The notes: generated from the letters alone by a model not told the origin. 64,000 nt of DNA from the human T2T-CHM13v2.0 reference genome, Homo sapiens (GCF_009914755.1 NC_060925.1); one strand, 5' to 3'; positions 38,357-51,677 are shown, numbered from the stretch's first letter. A program made the numbers and translations.

Positions 38357-39873
38357 TTTTTTTTAAAATGTATTTTTTATTTGTACAAATTTATAGGTAC
38401 ATGAAAACATTTTATTATATGTATTTAATGCATACTGATCAAGTCAGGGTATTTAGGGGGTTCATCACCTGAGTACAATATATTTTTGTTAAGTATAGTC
38501 ACCCTACTCTGCTATCAAACACTGAATATATACCTTCTGTCTTAGTGTACTTTAACCCACTTGGCTTCATCTCCTTCTTCCCCCCTACTCATCCTTCTCA
38601 GTCTCTGTTATCTATCTTTCCACTCTCTACTGCCATGTGATCAAATTTTTTAGCTCCCACATAAGTGAGAACATCCTATATTTGTCTTTTTGTGCCTGGC
38701 TTAATTCACTTAAGACAATGACCTCTTGATCAATCCATGTTGCTGAAAATGATAAGATTTCATTCTCTTTAATGTATTCTATTGTGCATATATAATACAT
38801 TTTCTTCATTAATCTGTTGATGAACACTTAAAATGATTCTATATCTTTGCTATTGTGAATAGTGCTGCAATAGACATGTGAGTGCAGGTATCCCTTTAGT
38901 ATATTGAAGTTTTTTCCTTTGAGTAGATACACAATAGGGGATTGTTGAATCAAATGGTAATTTTAGCTTCTTTTGAGAATTCTCCATACTGTTTTTCATA
39001 GTGGCTGTACTAGTTTACATTTTCATCAACTTTGTATAATAGTTCCCTTTCCTCTGCATCCTTGCCAAAATGTGTGTGTGTATTTTTTGCATCCTTGCCA
39101 AAATGTGTGTGTGTATTTTTTGCATCTTTGCCAAAATGTGTGTGTGTGCTTTTTTTTTGTGTGTGTGTGTGTGTGTATGGTTTTTTTGTCTTTTCAATAA
39201 CAGCTTTCTAACTGGAGTAAGATGATATCTCATTGTGGATTTGATTTGCATTTCTCTAATGATTAGTGGTGTTGAGCATTTTTTCATATACATGTTGGCC
39301 ATTTGTATGTCTTTTTTTTGAGAAATGTTTACTCATATCTTTTGCCCACTTTTTAATGGGATTTTAAGTATTTTTCCTGTTGAATAGTTTGAATTCCTTG
39401 TATATTCTTGATAGTCCCTTGTCAGATGGTTTGCAGACATTTTCTTCTATTCAGTAGATTGACTCCTCACTGTGTTGTTTCCTTTGCCATACAGAGCTTT
39501 CTAGTTTAATATAATCTCATTTGTCTATTTTTGTTTTTGTTGCCTGTGCTATTGAGGTCTTAGTAATAAATTCTTTGCCTAGACCATAGTCCTGGAGAGT
39601 TTACCTAGCTTTTGTTCTAGCATTTTAATACTTTTGGCTCTTATGTTTAAGTCTTCAATCCATTTTGCGTTGATTTTTGTATATGGTAAGGGATAGGGGA
39701 CCTGTTTCATTCTTCTGCATATGGCTATCCAATTTTCCTAGAACCATTTATTGAAGATGGGGTTTTTTCCCCAATGAACACTCTTGCTGGCTTTGTTGAA
39801 GATCAGTTGGCCTAAATGTATTGGCTTATTTTCTGATTCTCTATTCTGCTTCATGTCTATGTGTCTATTTTTA
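38357..39873 (-). mobile_element. L1MA-like 3' fragment
   Basis: Antisense 3' UTR (TATAGTCACCCTACTCTGCTATCAAAC, TAGCTCCCACATAAGTGAGAACAT). ORFs 38627-38827 and 39015-39302 resemble the ORF2 C-terminus. Confidence 0.92.
39055..39150. repeat. 33-bp minisatellite (3 copies) followed by (TG)n
   Basis: Unit TGCATCCTTGCCAAAATGTGTGTGTGTATTTTT starts at 39055, 39088 and 39121. Confidence 0.93.
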
Positions 39874-40171
39874 TGATCTTTGATATTTATGTGCACTATT
39901 CCTATTTCTCACAGTCTCTCCTGGGGTAAGTCCTTTGCCCAAGTAAATTTGAAATTGACACTTTTTAGGAGAACAAAGTCTCTAATTTATTCTTTTAATT
40001 ACATTTTTTTTCTTACTTCCAAGATTTCCACATTGGATGGAAGAGTAGCCAAAAATGCCTGAGGAAATGTACAAAAACATTTCTTTATGAGCCCATTCTT
40101 ATGTTCTGCATATATTTTACTCTTCTCAATTTAAAACCACTGATTGTATAATATAAATATAATTACAATTT

Positions 40172-40191
40172 TATATATATATATATATATA
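40172..40191. repeat. (TA)10 microsatellite
   Basis: Uninterrupted TA run. Confidence 0.9.
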
Positions 40192-41029
40192 GCCATAGGT
40201 TTTTTTTGTCTGTTGAAAGACTTTCTGTTTAAAAGGAAACTGGTGTCATATAACACCACAGTTTCTTGTTTGAAAATTATATTTCTTAGGCTGAAAACTG
40301 CCAAGGAACAAAATAATGTGTAACTAGGGAAATGTCATTGTTTCCATAGTGAAAACAAGCACAGATCTTAAAATGTTAAAATCCCAGCACTTTCACATTA
40401 ACTTTAAAATCTGCAACAAAAAATTTATGTAAGTACCTGTCAAAGAACAGGATAAAAACATTTAAGATTGTTGGTAGAAGAAAAGTCTGGGAGTGAAAAT
40501 TGATTCATTGTTATTCTACTTCCATTTGTTAATTTTCCGTTCCTTTTTCCCACCAACCCCTTTTAATTTTACCTTATCTGTGTTACATTTTAATATGCAT
40601 AGTAGGACATTCAGACAAAGATTAAATTAACATAATGTAAATATAGAGAAAATGCCATAATTTTGTTTCTCACAAACAAAATGTAAATATGACATGCCTT
40701 CACCTGGACTGCCAAATAGTTGCATCAATGCTTGTCTGCTTTCCTTTGACTGAGTCTATATTTTTAAGAGCTTTCTAGCTCAAAACTGATATAATTAAAT
40801 AAATATAAGTGTAGAGAAGTTTTGCACATTTTTAAAGAGAAACCCAAATAATACACAAAAGCTTTATGTGGCTTATACGTTATTACTGATTAATGTTCTC
40901 ATCAATCTGCCAAATTATCCAAATGGTTAGATCCAGAAGCTATAAGCATCTGCCAGAATAAGTTGATACTGTCCATTGACTTAATTATCAGGATTTTTTT
41001 TTCTTCAGTTTCTGTCTGGTACTTGTTTT

Positions 41030-41560
41030 GAAAGGGCTTATTCAGTTGCAAATAATAGTAAAAACGAATTCAGATACTTGTTAGCAGAAATGGTAATTTA
41101 TCAACTCCTTCAACTGAAGAATACAAAGATAGATTCAGATATGGCTCAGCCCTGGACCTCAAACTACATAATCAATTATTTTTCTTTCTCCTTCCACCCC
41201 CTTTAAGCACTGCCCCTCTCTCTTTTGTATCTTCTCTTTGGCTTCGTTCATGGTTCCCTCTGTATGGTAGTTGCAAGAAGTTTAATAATGCTAGGCTTAT
41301 ACTATCTTAAGGTTGGCAATCTGATTGGAAATTTCCAGTGCTTTTCCAAATAGTTAACAGAATTTTAAGATTATTTCTGACTCATAGGAGTGCAGCCACA
41401 TGCTTATTCATGAGCCAGCCTCTGTGGCCAGGAGATAAAATGTTCTCATTAACTAGGCCTGGGTTGTGGGTCAATTTCTGGAGCCAGAGGACTGGGTTCA
41501 AATCCTCCCTGAATCAAACAGTCCAAGAATGGCAGATAGAAGTTACCTGATTCCAAATCC
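41030..41560 (-). mobile_element. Ancient MaLR LTR (MLT1K/L-like)
   Basis: TTCAGTTGCAAATAATAGTAAAAAC..ATTCAGATATGGCTCAG..CATGAGCCAGCCTCTGTGGCCAGGAGA..CATTAACTAGGCCTGGGT. Confidence 0.6.
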
Positions 41561-43061
41561 GGATGCAATTATTTAAAAGGAGAGGTTAGGCAGTGTGCAA
41601 GTTGCATATTATGGAACTCATCTGTAGGCAACAATAGAATTGTTAGTTTTATATCTGTGCACTCTTATATATGTCCAAAATGCTTGATTCATTGATCTCA
41701 CTCTCTAAATAGTTGTGGAAACTTCACAATTGCTTAGCATAAGTGCTCCAACCAAATGCTCATCAATTTTGTTTACAAAAGTTCAATTTCCAATCAAGTA
41801 GAAAGATAAGAGAAAAAGAGAGAAAAGACTATTCAAATTGGTTAGAGTTTTTATTGGCTAAGGGAAATAGTGGTGTTGGTTGATTTGGTCAAGGATAAAA
41901 CAGAATGTTTTCTGAGAAACTTTGAACACCTAATCATAGAGTGTTTTTTCCCCCACTTTCAAATCCTTGAGAATTTTGTGTAGACAGTATTTCTCCACAA
42001 ACACCTAATAAAAAAGGAAATAGGAAGGAGAGGTAGGGAATTTTAAATAGACTTTTGAGCTGCCACCTGGTTTTTATTAAACTCACACTCTGATATTCGT
42101 TAGCCTGCCTTGATGTCTTTTCATTCTCGTGAACATAAGATAGTGCTTATTTTAATGACTACTGAAAATACGCTTGGATTTGAAGTCAGTAATAGTTTTG
42201 AATCACTTAACTTGGATCTCATGTCTTCTCTGAAAACAATTAAGATTTGCTCTATTTGGCCCTTTGCCATTTATATGAACCTGTGGATTATGGTCACAAA
42301 GAGATGCAGAAATAACAAACTAAGGTAAAAAAAAAAAAAACATTGAAAGTGTCATATTCCTCCCTTCATGCAAAATAACAATTGTAGTTATTCTGCATAA
42401 ACTGTACTTTTGCAATTTGTAATGACTGCATTCACAGGCTTTATATTGAATAATAATTTATGTGGTAAATATCTTAGGTATAGCTAATATTTTAATGAGA
42501 TAAGTAATATTTCTTATTTCTTTTCAGGTATGCCTAGATATTTTACAAAGAGGTTCAATCTGCTCTGCTTGCAAAGCATATTATCAAAATTATAGTTTGT
42601 ATCAAAAAAGTTTTTATCAAAAATTAAATTCTAAAATTTAGGATTTTAAAAAGAATCTCCAATTTAATTGTGGCACTGGATATAATTAAAACATATTTGT
42701 TGAGATAATATACTCTTATAAGAGTTTGATTGAGTGTTACAATAGGGTTACATTCAAGGTATGATCAAAATGTAGAATAAGAAAGGGAGAGGATCTAGTC
42801 AAGGAGGTGCTTGAAGAATAAATTGGGATAAGCTAGCTGGACAAGAAGGTAGGGAAGAAGGGGAAGGGCAGAGGTGTGCCAGAAAGAAGAAATGCCCAAG
42901 ATAGAGGAATTGAGCCACTGAATAGCTTGAGATTCCTTAAGAACCCTTAGAATGGAAAGGCTCTAGTGCTGGAGAGTAGAGTAGTCAACACTGGAGGAGC
43001 AATTGAAGATAGTGCTGAAGTTAAAATGAGGCAGGCAGGGACAAGACACAGAGAAAGCCTT

Positions 43062-43480
43062 TGCTAAAGTTTGGATATTTGTTCTCCAAAACTTCATGTT
43101 ATTAATAAAATTTGATTCCAATGTTGGACGTGGGGCCCAATGGGAAATATTTGGGTCATGGTGGTGGATCTCTCGTGAATAGATTAATATCCTCCCTGAA
43201 GGAAATGTGGTGAGTGAGTTTTCACTCTTTGTTCCTGACAGAACTGGTTGTTAAAGGGTCTGTTACTTCCCCTCCCTCTCTCTTGCTTCCTCTCTCACTA
43301 TGTGATCTGCACACACCAGCTCCTCTTCACCCTCTGCCAAGAGTGACAGCAGCCCGAGGTCCTCACCTGATGTAGATGGTGGGGCCATACTTCTTGAACA
43401 ACCTGCAGAACTGTGAGACAAATAAACCTCTTCTTTATAAGTAACCCAGCCTCACGTATTCCTTTGTAGCAACACAGACT
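43062..43480 (+). mobile_element. MaLR LTR, MSTB-like
   Basis: TGCTAAAGTTTGGATATTTG..TTTGGGTCATGGTGGTGGATCTCTCGTGAATAGATTAAT..AATAAACCTCTTCTTTATAAGTAACCCAGCCTCA. Confidence 0.9.
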
Positions 43481-43963
43481 GGTAGGCCATGTTTTAACCC
43501 ATTTTATTTTCTTAGAGAGATGAATAAGGAGAGAGAGATGTTGACTATAAATCTCTGAATTATGTGATCATATCCTGTCAGACTTCTTCTAAAGGCATTT
43601 AATGGTGCTTTTTTCTTTGGACAAAATAAAGTCTAAACCCTGAGATCAAAGTGAATTCTTTCTGTTCCCCATTATGTTCCCTCAGGGACAGCATGCTCCT
43701 CAACTTACTGTTTCTCCAACAATACTGGATTTTTATTTTTCTGTGCCCTCTGCCTAGAATATTTTCCTCCCCATTTCTGCCCATAGGTCCATACCCAGTT
43801 CTAAAGACAAATGTCACCTTCTCCATAAAGGTTTTGCTAATTTTGACTACATCTTCATCTTGCCTCACAGGGAAAACATGTTCCCTCTCAGTTGTGCTTC
43901 TAAACCACTTTCTTTTTTCTATCTTTCTCACGGCATTTTTCATTTTCTTTCTTGAATTATGAA

Positions 43964-43978
43964 TATGTGCATGTGTGT

Positions 43979-44009
<31 letters not shown>

Positions 44010-44102
44010 CACATGCACATCCATAATACACGATATATGTACATAAACATCCATAATGCATAATATATATTTGTGTGGGCCTGTACATATGTGTGTATAT
44101 AT
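43964..44102. repeat. Mixed (TA)/(TG)/(CA) low-complexity repeat
   Basis: Alternating purine-pyrimidine runs; explains ORFs 43599-44054 and 43940-44182. Confidence 0.85.
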
Positions 44103-44669
44103 TTAAATCCCGTTACTAAATTTTCAGATTCTAGACAACAGGGATTGTCCACACATTTTCTTAATTCTTCTTTTAGTAGCATTTAGCACAGTGCTTTGTA
44201 CTTAGCTGTAGTTGACAGAGGCAGGGGACGCTGTGTCATCATGAGAGAGTATAGACAGATATGCCTTACAAGCAGATTTTTCAGGGAGATCACCAACCTG
44301 AAAGAGCCAGTTCAGATTTTTCAGAATGATGTGAAATAGATCAATTAGTAAGGCAATTTTGAAGTTACTTTTGAGCAGTGGCCAGAACAAAACAATGGAC
44401 CTTTGTAAACCATTTTTTGAATTGCAAACCCTTCAGAGTTTGCTCTAAAGAAAGGTCTCACTTGGGTAAGAATTTATTTGGTCAAATGGGGTGGGAAAAA
44501 GTATATGATAGAACTAATGGCTTTCAATAACTGTTACCTCAACTTTGAAAAGCTTGATGAATCCAACATGGTTGTTTCTGAATGAATTAGTAAAATTTGA
44601 TCAAGCCAAGTGTCTATGCATCTCAAATTTTATTACACATTGCCCACATTTTCTTGGGTTGCTGAAGTT

Positions 44670-44717
44670 CATAATATATTTTATCTCTTAAGCCATAATA
44701 TATTTTATCTTTTAAGC
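44670..44717. repeat. 24-bp tandem duplication
   Basis: CATAATATATTTTATCT[C/T]TTAAGC twice, one mismatch. Confidence 0.92.
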
Positions 44718-45972
44718 CTATAAGGTATATTTCAATTTCTCTGCTGGTGCCAGAAGAAAAAGTGCTTTGGCAGTAACGTTCAATGGAAAATCCATTCTCG
44801 GATATGCTAGGACGCAGCAGACACAGGGGGCATGTGTGAGTTTAAAAGAGAGATTTAGTGGGCTGTTCAGCAGCACAGAGATTAATAAGTTGAACTCAGT
44901 AGTTTCATAGACGCTGACGTTATTCGACTTCTGGTAAAAAGCATTGCATATGTTAAAAGTCTGGTCTGTTTTTAACCATGTATGGTAATTTAGGCACTTT
45001 AATTTTCAACAGTGCTGTATAATCATAACCATATTCTCTGAACAGTTGGAAAAGTTTATCAGAAGATAAACATTCAACCTGATCAGATACTTTCATCCAC
45101 AAAACAAAACAATTTTATGAATTCCATGGATTAAAATATGAAAGAGAGCAAAGCATTTACTATTACTTTAAAAACTATTTACTTTGATTTTTGAAAATAA
45201 ATATTTTTGGACAACTGTTGGGGACACATTATCAAAGTTCTATATTATCTTTAAGAAATGTCGCTGGTCCTACTGCCTGATTTGATGTCAGTTGCTATGA
45301 CAGTTTTCTCAACTGCAACAGCTTCCTCCTTTCCTTGGTCTTCATTCCCTTTCCGCTTTCTAATTTTCTGTCCTTTCCTTATTTTATTCTTCTACTCGTC
45401 TGATTTAACTCATTTTCCTCTCCTCCTCTTCCTACTCTGACCTGAGTCAGTAACAGTTAAATACTACTTATATGAGTTCTGTTGGAAATTTTGAAAAGCA
45501 AAGGATTTTTTTGACATTTCAATTTTATCCCTCTTCTTCCCTTTCTGTGTTTCCTTCAACTATTCCTTTTTTGTTTCCTCCCTTCTTTCTTTATATTTAA
45601 GAAAATCTGATAATATTCTTCATAGATTTAATAATTTAAGTCAGAAGAAACTTCTGACTGAATCCCAATAAAAATTATGGAAACAAAGAATTTGCTTTCA
45701 AACATTATTTAAAATATATGTAATCTGAATATTTTAATTTCTTTAGTTTCTTGAGGTTGGAGAGGACATAAAAGATTTCATTCAATGTTTGAATCCTTTG
45801 ATACAAGATTTGCTTCTTTTCTACCACCAGTTGATAAACCTAATAACTCATTTGTTGGAAATCTACTACCCTCCACAAGAAGGACCTTCCTTTCTTATAT
45901 TGGGGTACTATGTGTATTTGTCTCCTGTCTATGAATCCTATTTTTCCTGCTTTTCTTCCTGCAGCCATTTAG

Positions 45973-46291
<319 letters not shown>

Positions 46292-47539
46292 AGAAGAGGC
46301 GTTTTTTAAAAATAAGAAAACACTTCAGATGTTTTTAATATGCCATCATAAAATGTCCTGGAAGGGTGCACTAAAACTGTTTAAAAATGACAACTTTTGT
46401 GAAGTGGGACTAGGGGATAAGGGAGATAATTCTAGAAGTTAAGACTCATACTGGATTTAAAATATACTCATTCATGTATTAATTTAATAGCAGTAATAAT
46501 TATTATTTTAAAATAACATTATGTCCTCTATGAGTCTCCTCTTAAAAATGCAAATGTTTACAGCTAATTTTTTTTCTCAAATAATAATTACTTTTAGGCC
46601 TCACTTCTGTCTTTTCATTTTCTCTGCTCATGGCTCTATCCTTTTGAAAGGTATTTGAGTGTGGCAGCCAAATAGAACCAAAATGACGAATTTATTGAAT
46701 GGTGATTTAGTTGTGTGTATGTGTACAGGTGTCCACATGTATGTTGATATGCACAGATTAGACATTGTTTAGTATACAACCCTTAGTTTAGCATATAGAA
46801 CTTCATAGATATATAGAGAAAATTATTACAGTCACTAAAAATGGAAGAAAAAAGGATTTTAATAGAAAAAAACATAATATATTATTTTCCACACAGGACA
46901 GAAATGACATGATCTTTATTTTTGTGTCGTGGGTTTTCCTACCTGTCTTAACTACAGAAAAATAACCCGGCATATACTCTTCTAATTAACAGGTCAAAAA
47001 GCATGCATTGAAGGATATTTATTAGTTTTCAAATACACTATTGTTTTGTACTGTCTTTATAATAAAATTGTGTATTTTTCTTAGGCAACATCTTATTTGT
47101 TTAATGTTTTAATTTTACCACTTAAATTTTTCAATTTTTTCTTTAATCATGATATGTCCAAAATTGTAGTATCTTAGGGAGTCAAGAAAGTGCTTTCTTT
47201 CCAACCCCCTCCAACCAGAAGACTAATGTTTTATGATAAAATATGGCAAAAGCAGAGTATTTATAAAAGCAATGTGAGAAAAGTAATGTGAGTCACAAAG
47301 GTAAAGAACAATGATGCCCTGTCAGCTCAAGTTAGGGAATCGATATCTTCATAAGTTAATGACACTGAAGTAAGCAAGTTCTTGGATCTGGCAAGAGGGT
47401 GTTGTATGGCAGGATGTTGCAAGGTATGGCTTTTGTGCTATTGTTGACGCTATGAGTCAATTCTCTGAGTCAACTCATGACAAGTTGATACGGAATCTAG
47501 TGAGAGTGCAGAATAGAATGGAATTATCCTTGGAGAAGT

Positions 47540-47665
47540 TGTTGATGCAGGAACTCTGAATCTTGAGTTTTGGTTCCAGTTCTAGCCCTGAAACTAATTA
47601 CCTGAGTGTAAGTTAACTTCTCTGTGCCCCAGTTTCTTCACCTATAAAATGTGAATATTAAACTA
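47540..47665 (+). mobile_element. MIR fragment
   Basis: AAGTTAACTTCTCTGTGCCCCAGTTTCTTCACCTATAAAATG. Confidence 0.75.
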
Positions 47666-50600
47666 CATCAGTAGGCGGTTTCATGCTTTTGACCTTTTAT
47701 GGATGTAGGGAATCACTGTGGAAAATCTGAAGGACTACATCCAGGAGGAAAACAAGACAAAATATTCTATGATGGGACAGCAGCTAGCTTTGGGTTATCA
47801 ACATTTTCTGAAAAAATGTTAGTAACCATTGTTACAAGCATATTTCTTCTGTCTGTCATAGTAGGGAAGAAGCAGTACTTCATGTAAGATGTAAAGTGAT
47901 TAGCGATCAGCCATGTCAACAGTTCAGAGCACTCAACCATTCCTGTCTCCTTTTTACTAAATAAGTATAATCTATCATAACATGGTTCAACTTGAAAAAT
48001 TTTTCTTATAGCATCTGCAGAAAAATGTAGACAGAGAGCTAAGAATGATTAGCCTATAAATAATTAGTATTGAAAGTGAATAAAAACAGTTCTAAAGATC
48101 CAATAATTCAATTTGCTGTTTTAAAAATAATTGGAAATTGTCAGTTATTTCTAAAACAAAATGGGGCATTGATTCTTAATGGGTTTGTTTTAAATGCATA
48201 GCATTTTCCATTCACTTCAGCATTTCCACTAATTTGGTTTCATTATTAGTAATAAAATTGATATACATTATGCATGGAAGTAGTAGCTATCAAAGGAAGT
48301 AACATATAGAACCAACAGCTACCTCTCTCTATTATGATTCAAAAATAGTATGCTACAAAATAAAATGCTTCAGAATATAACTTTTTCATATTATTAAACA
48401 TGAGACATTCTTATTCTTATATCTGAATTCTATTGGCTATGGAAAAAATTTCAGGAAAAAATAAAGTTTTGAGATTCTTGGGATATAATCATCCTTTGTA
48501 TTTTCAAATTAAAGTGAATAGTAATTAGCAAGTTAAATTTATTGAAGCTAAGTTTATAAACGTTGAGAGGGAAATCTATTTTCTATAAAATTCTTGTAGA
48601 AAATTGAAAATTTGAGGAATTATTAAGAAACCAAATTCAAATAAACAGAATTAAACAAATGACTTGATGGACAATGACCCAAATTATGGGGGACAGTCTT
48701 TTGGAATTAAAATCTGTTTCTTCATTTAACCTACAGAATAATACAACTGATTTTATCATTTTGTGTTATTAGTGAATTCTTCATAATGGAAATTGTTCTG
48801 AACTAACAGTTGAAGAATTTGCTGTGACGTGATTTGCATCCTTTCCCACCCTCATAGTTTAAATAAGGCTGGCAAGCTCATGAGATTAGGCATTCCCATA
48901 ACACTGTAAGAGCTTCCTGGCTTTATGCCTTCCAGAAGTAACAGCATAGAGTGTTTTTATAATAATCCTACTTTGGGGTAAAAACAGGAAGGGAGAGGCA
49001 TGTTAAATTACATTTTTTATAAGATGAACAGAACCAAAAGAAAATAGAACAGTATCCTTTTCAGTTTTGGGAAAGTTAAAATGGACTCTGATTATTCAGA
49101 TTATTTACTTATTTGTTTTTGAATAGAAAAAGTGTCTTGATATGCTGTTAAAATGTTATAAAATTTCTGTCTATTTTTTTCCTGAAACTGAGCTACCAAG
49201 CTAAGGTGACAATATTTAATTCACTTGTCTGCCTTACTTAGAAAACACACTTTGTTGGACAGATACATATTGTCTGCTGACATCAGTTCTTAAGATCAGG
49301 TTTAATACTGGTGCATTATGGAATTTTTCTAATCTTTCCTAGGATCGAATAGGTTATTAATACTTTTTAATTTTGTTATGATATCTCTTATCATCAGCAA
49401 TTGACATTTACTGAATGTTTTATTCGGTAATAACTGCATATGCAATTCTAAATTTCTAGTTCTAATACTTTCTAAATGATAGGAAAGAACACAACTATTG
49501 TTAATAAATACAATAGTATTTCTCAAATTTTGAAGGGAAGAAAATTATTATCTAAATAAACTCTCAGGAACAGATGATCTTTTGCTATTTTGTGTTTTCC
49601 TTTTGGGTATCTGTTATCAGGGATGATGATAAACATATTTCTTGTATCTGACTACCATGATATTTTTCTCTATTCCTTTGGAAATGGCATTAGTTTTCTT
49701 CTGACACTATTGTTATTCTTTCCAGCATGGCAACCTTGGGCTAACAGCATACGTTAGTAAATGCTATGCTTTTTCTTTAAGGCTTTTCTAATTTTTAATT
49801 AAAAAGAAAAGATAGATTCTTGCTGATCACCTACAGGAGTGTGACTCTCCATGGTTACCTGTCACTCAAAGAACTCCAGCTCTGAGGAATGCTAATTAGC
49901 CCTGTTAAAGCACCATAATTGAACTGGAGAGATGACTGCCGAAGGTGCAGGTCTGCCTTCATTCAGAACAGTCCTGCCATCTGAATGGATGGAGCCATCC
50001 TGACAATGTGAGGGAATAAAGGAAGACGAGGAGAAAAAAGAAAAACAACATTCCATCTGCCTTTTTTTTGCTCAGTTTTAAAGTGATTATCAAGATGTAA
50101 CCTGGATACCATGTGGATATTTTAAAAAAATGTTTTCTTTAGCCATAAGAGAATGAGCCATAGCACCTGCTTGACAATGATCTCTATGGTGACTACAGCA
50201 TTTGAACTGTATAAAAATGAATATTGAAACAAATGGACATATTGGGACATCAGTGCGGATAATCATAATGATGATAATAGATGTATATTTTGGGAAGAGT
50301 AGTCAGTCTTTATTTAAATGACGATGGTATTTGGGCACAGACAACTGACCACACAGGAATGTTTCTTGGTTATTTTTTGGTGGGCAAGAGAGAAAGTTCT
50401 GGATATTGCAATGCCTCTCAAACATGTACATTGGCATTTAGAAATTTAAAGGAGAATATAACATCTAGTGGAGAAAATCTCAGACCATCACTTATAGTAA
50501 AAGAAAGAAAACTAAGATAATTGTGTTCCAAAAAATATTTCATTTTTCAACTTAGTTCTAAATATTAATGTGGGAAATAAATAATTGTAAAATTGTAAAA

Positions 50601-50687
50601 TGATGATATACTTGACATAATAAGACAGTAGGATGTTCCATATAATCATGAAATCATAGTATTCTATAACTATAGGGACCTTAGATG

Positions 50688-51054
50688 TGTTAAAAGAAAT
50701 TAGACAAATTTAACAGTTTGTTTGAACAAGAAATGATTTGCTAATTGGGAAGCTCTTAGAGACAGAAGAGTTCAGGGAGCTCTAATTAGCATTGTGGGCA
50801 GGCAACGTTTATGGACAGAAAATGAGAGTGAGATACAGAAACAGCTTGATATTTGCCTTGTTTGAATATGGCCTGATCACTTGACAGCCTGTGATTGACT
50901 GAAGATTGGCTGATGTGATTGGCTGAGACTCAGTTACTTGTTACAAAAGTATATTCCTATATTAGGCTTTAAGTAAGTTACTTGGTTGTAGTACATTATA
51001 TTGGGCCTATTAAGTACGGAGGCATCCTCAGGCCAAATATAGTTTAATTTAACA
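50688..51054 (-). mobile_element. MER57-family (ERV1) solo LTR inserted in a MIR
   Basis: TG..CA termini; the minus strand begins TGTTAAATTAAACTATATTTGGCCTGAGGATGCCTCCGTAC (MER57-type). Tandem GATTGGCTG (CCAAT on -). Confidence 0.8.
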
Positions 51055-51416
51055 GCAATAACCATGTACAATGCCTTGGAAATTAACATTTAGAGAAGCT
51101 GTCACTAGCCCCAAACCACATAATAAATGATAGGTAGAGGTCAGAACAGAATCCAAGACCTCTGACCCCATGTTTACCATGTGGGGTAAAGAGTAGGAGG
51201 ACGAAATGTGATTTGATTCTAAGGTGACGTGGTGCAAAATCCATAACATCAGAGATTTTTATCTTAGCCTTTGTTATAATATAGTATTCGTAGCACCTCA
51301 GAGTGTCTAATGCCTCACATCTCTTTATGAACAGACACATTCTTATATAAGTTGAATTTTAAAAATTACTTTCAGATATTTAAAAGGCTGGACCACCCAA
51401 TAAGATAATTCTGCAC

Positions 51417-51677
51417 TCCTTGCCTTTGTTCCCTCCCTCCTTCCTACCTTCCTCCCTCCCTCCTTCCTACCTTCCTCCTTCCCTCCCTCCCCCTTTCCTT
51501 TCCCTTTCCCTTTCCCTTCCCTTCTTTCCTTTCCTCTCTCTCCTCCCTCCCTCCCTCTCTTCTTTCCTCCCTCTCTCCCTCCCTTCCTTCCTCCCTCCCT
51601 CCCTCCCTTTCTCTTCCTTCTCTTCCTCCTTCCCTCCCTCCTTCCTTCCTACCATCCTTCCCTCATTTATTCCTTCT
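51417..51677. repeat. Polypyrimidine low-complexity tract, (CCCT/CCTT)n
   Basis: About 260 bp nearly C/T-only; explains ORFs 51420-51704 and 51467-51655. Confidence 0.96.

Noticed and set aside
47668-47770. Possible MER5/hAT remnant after the MIR
   Set aside because: Too degraded; no terminal inverted repeat pair could be confirmed by eye.
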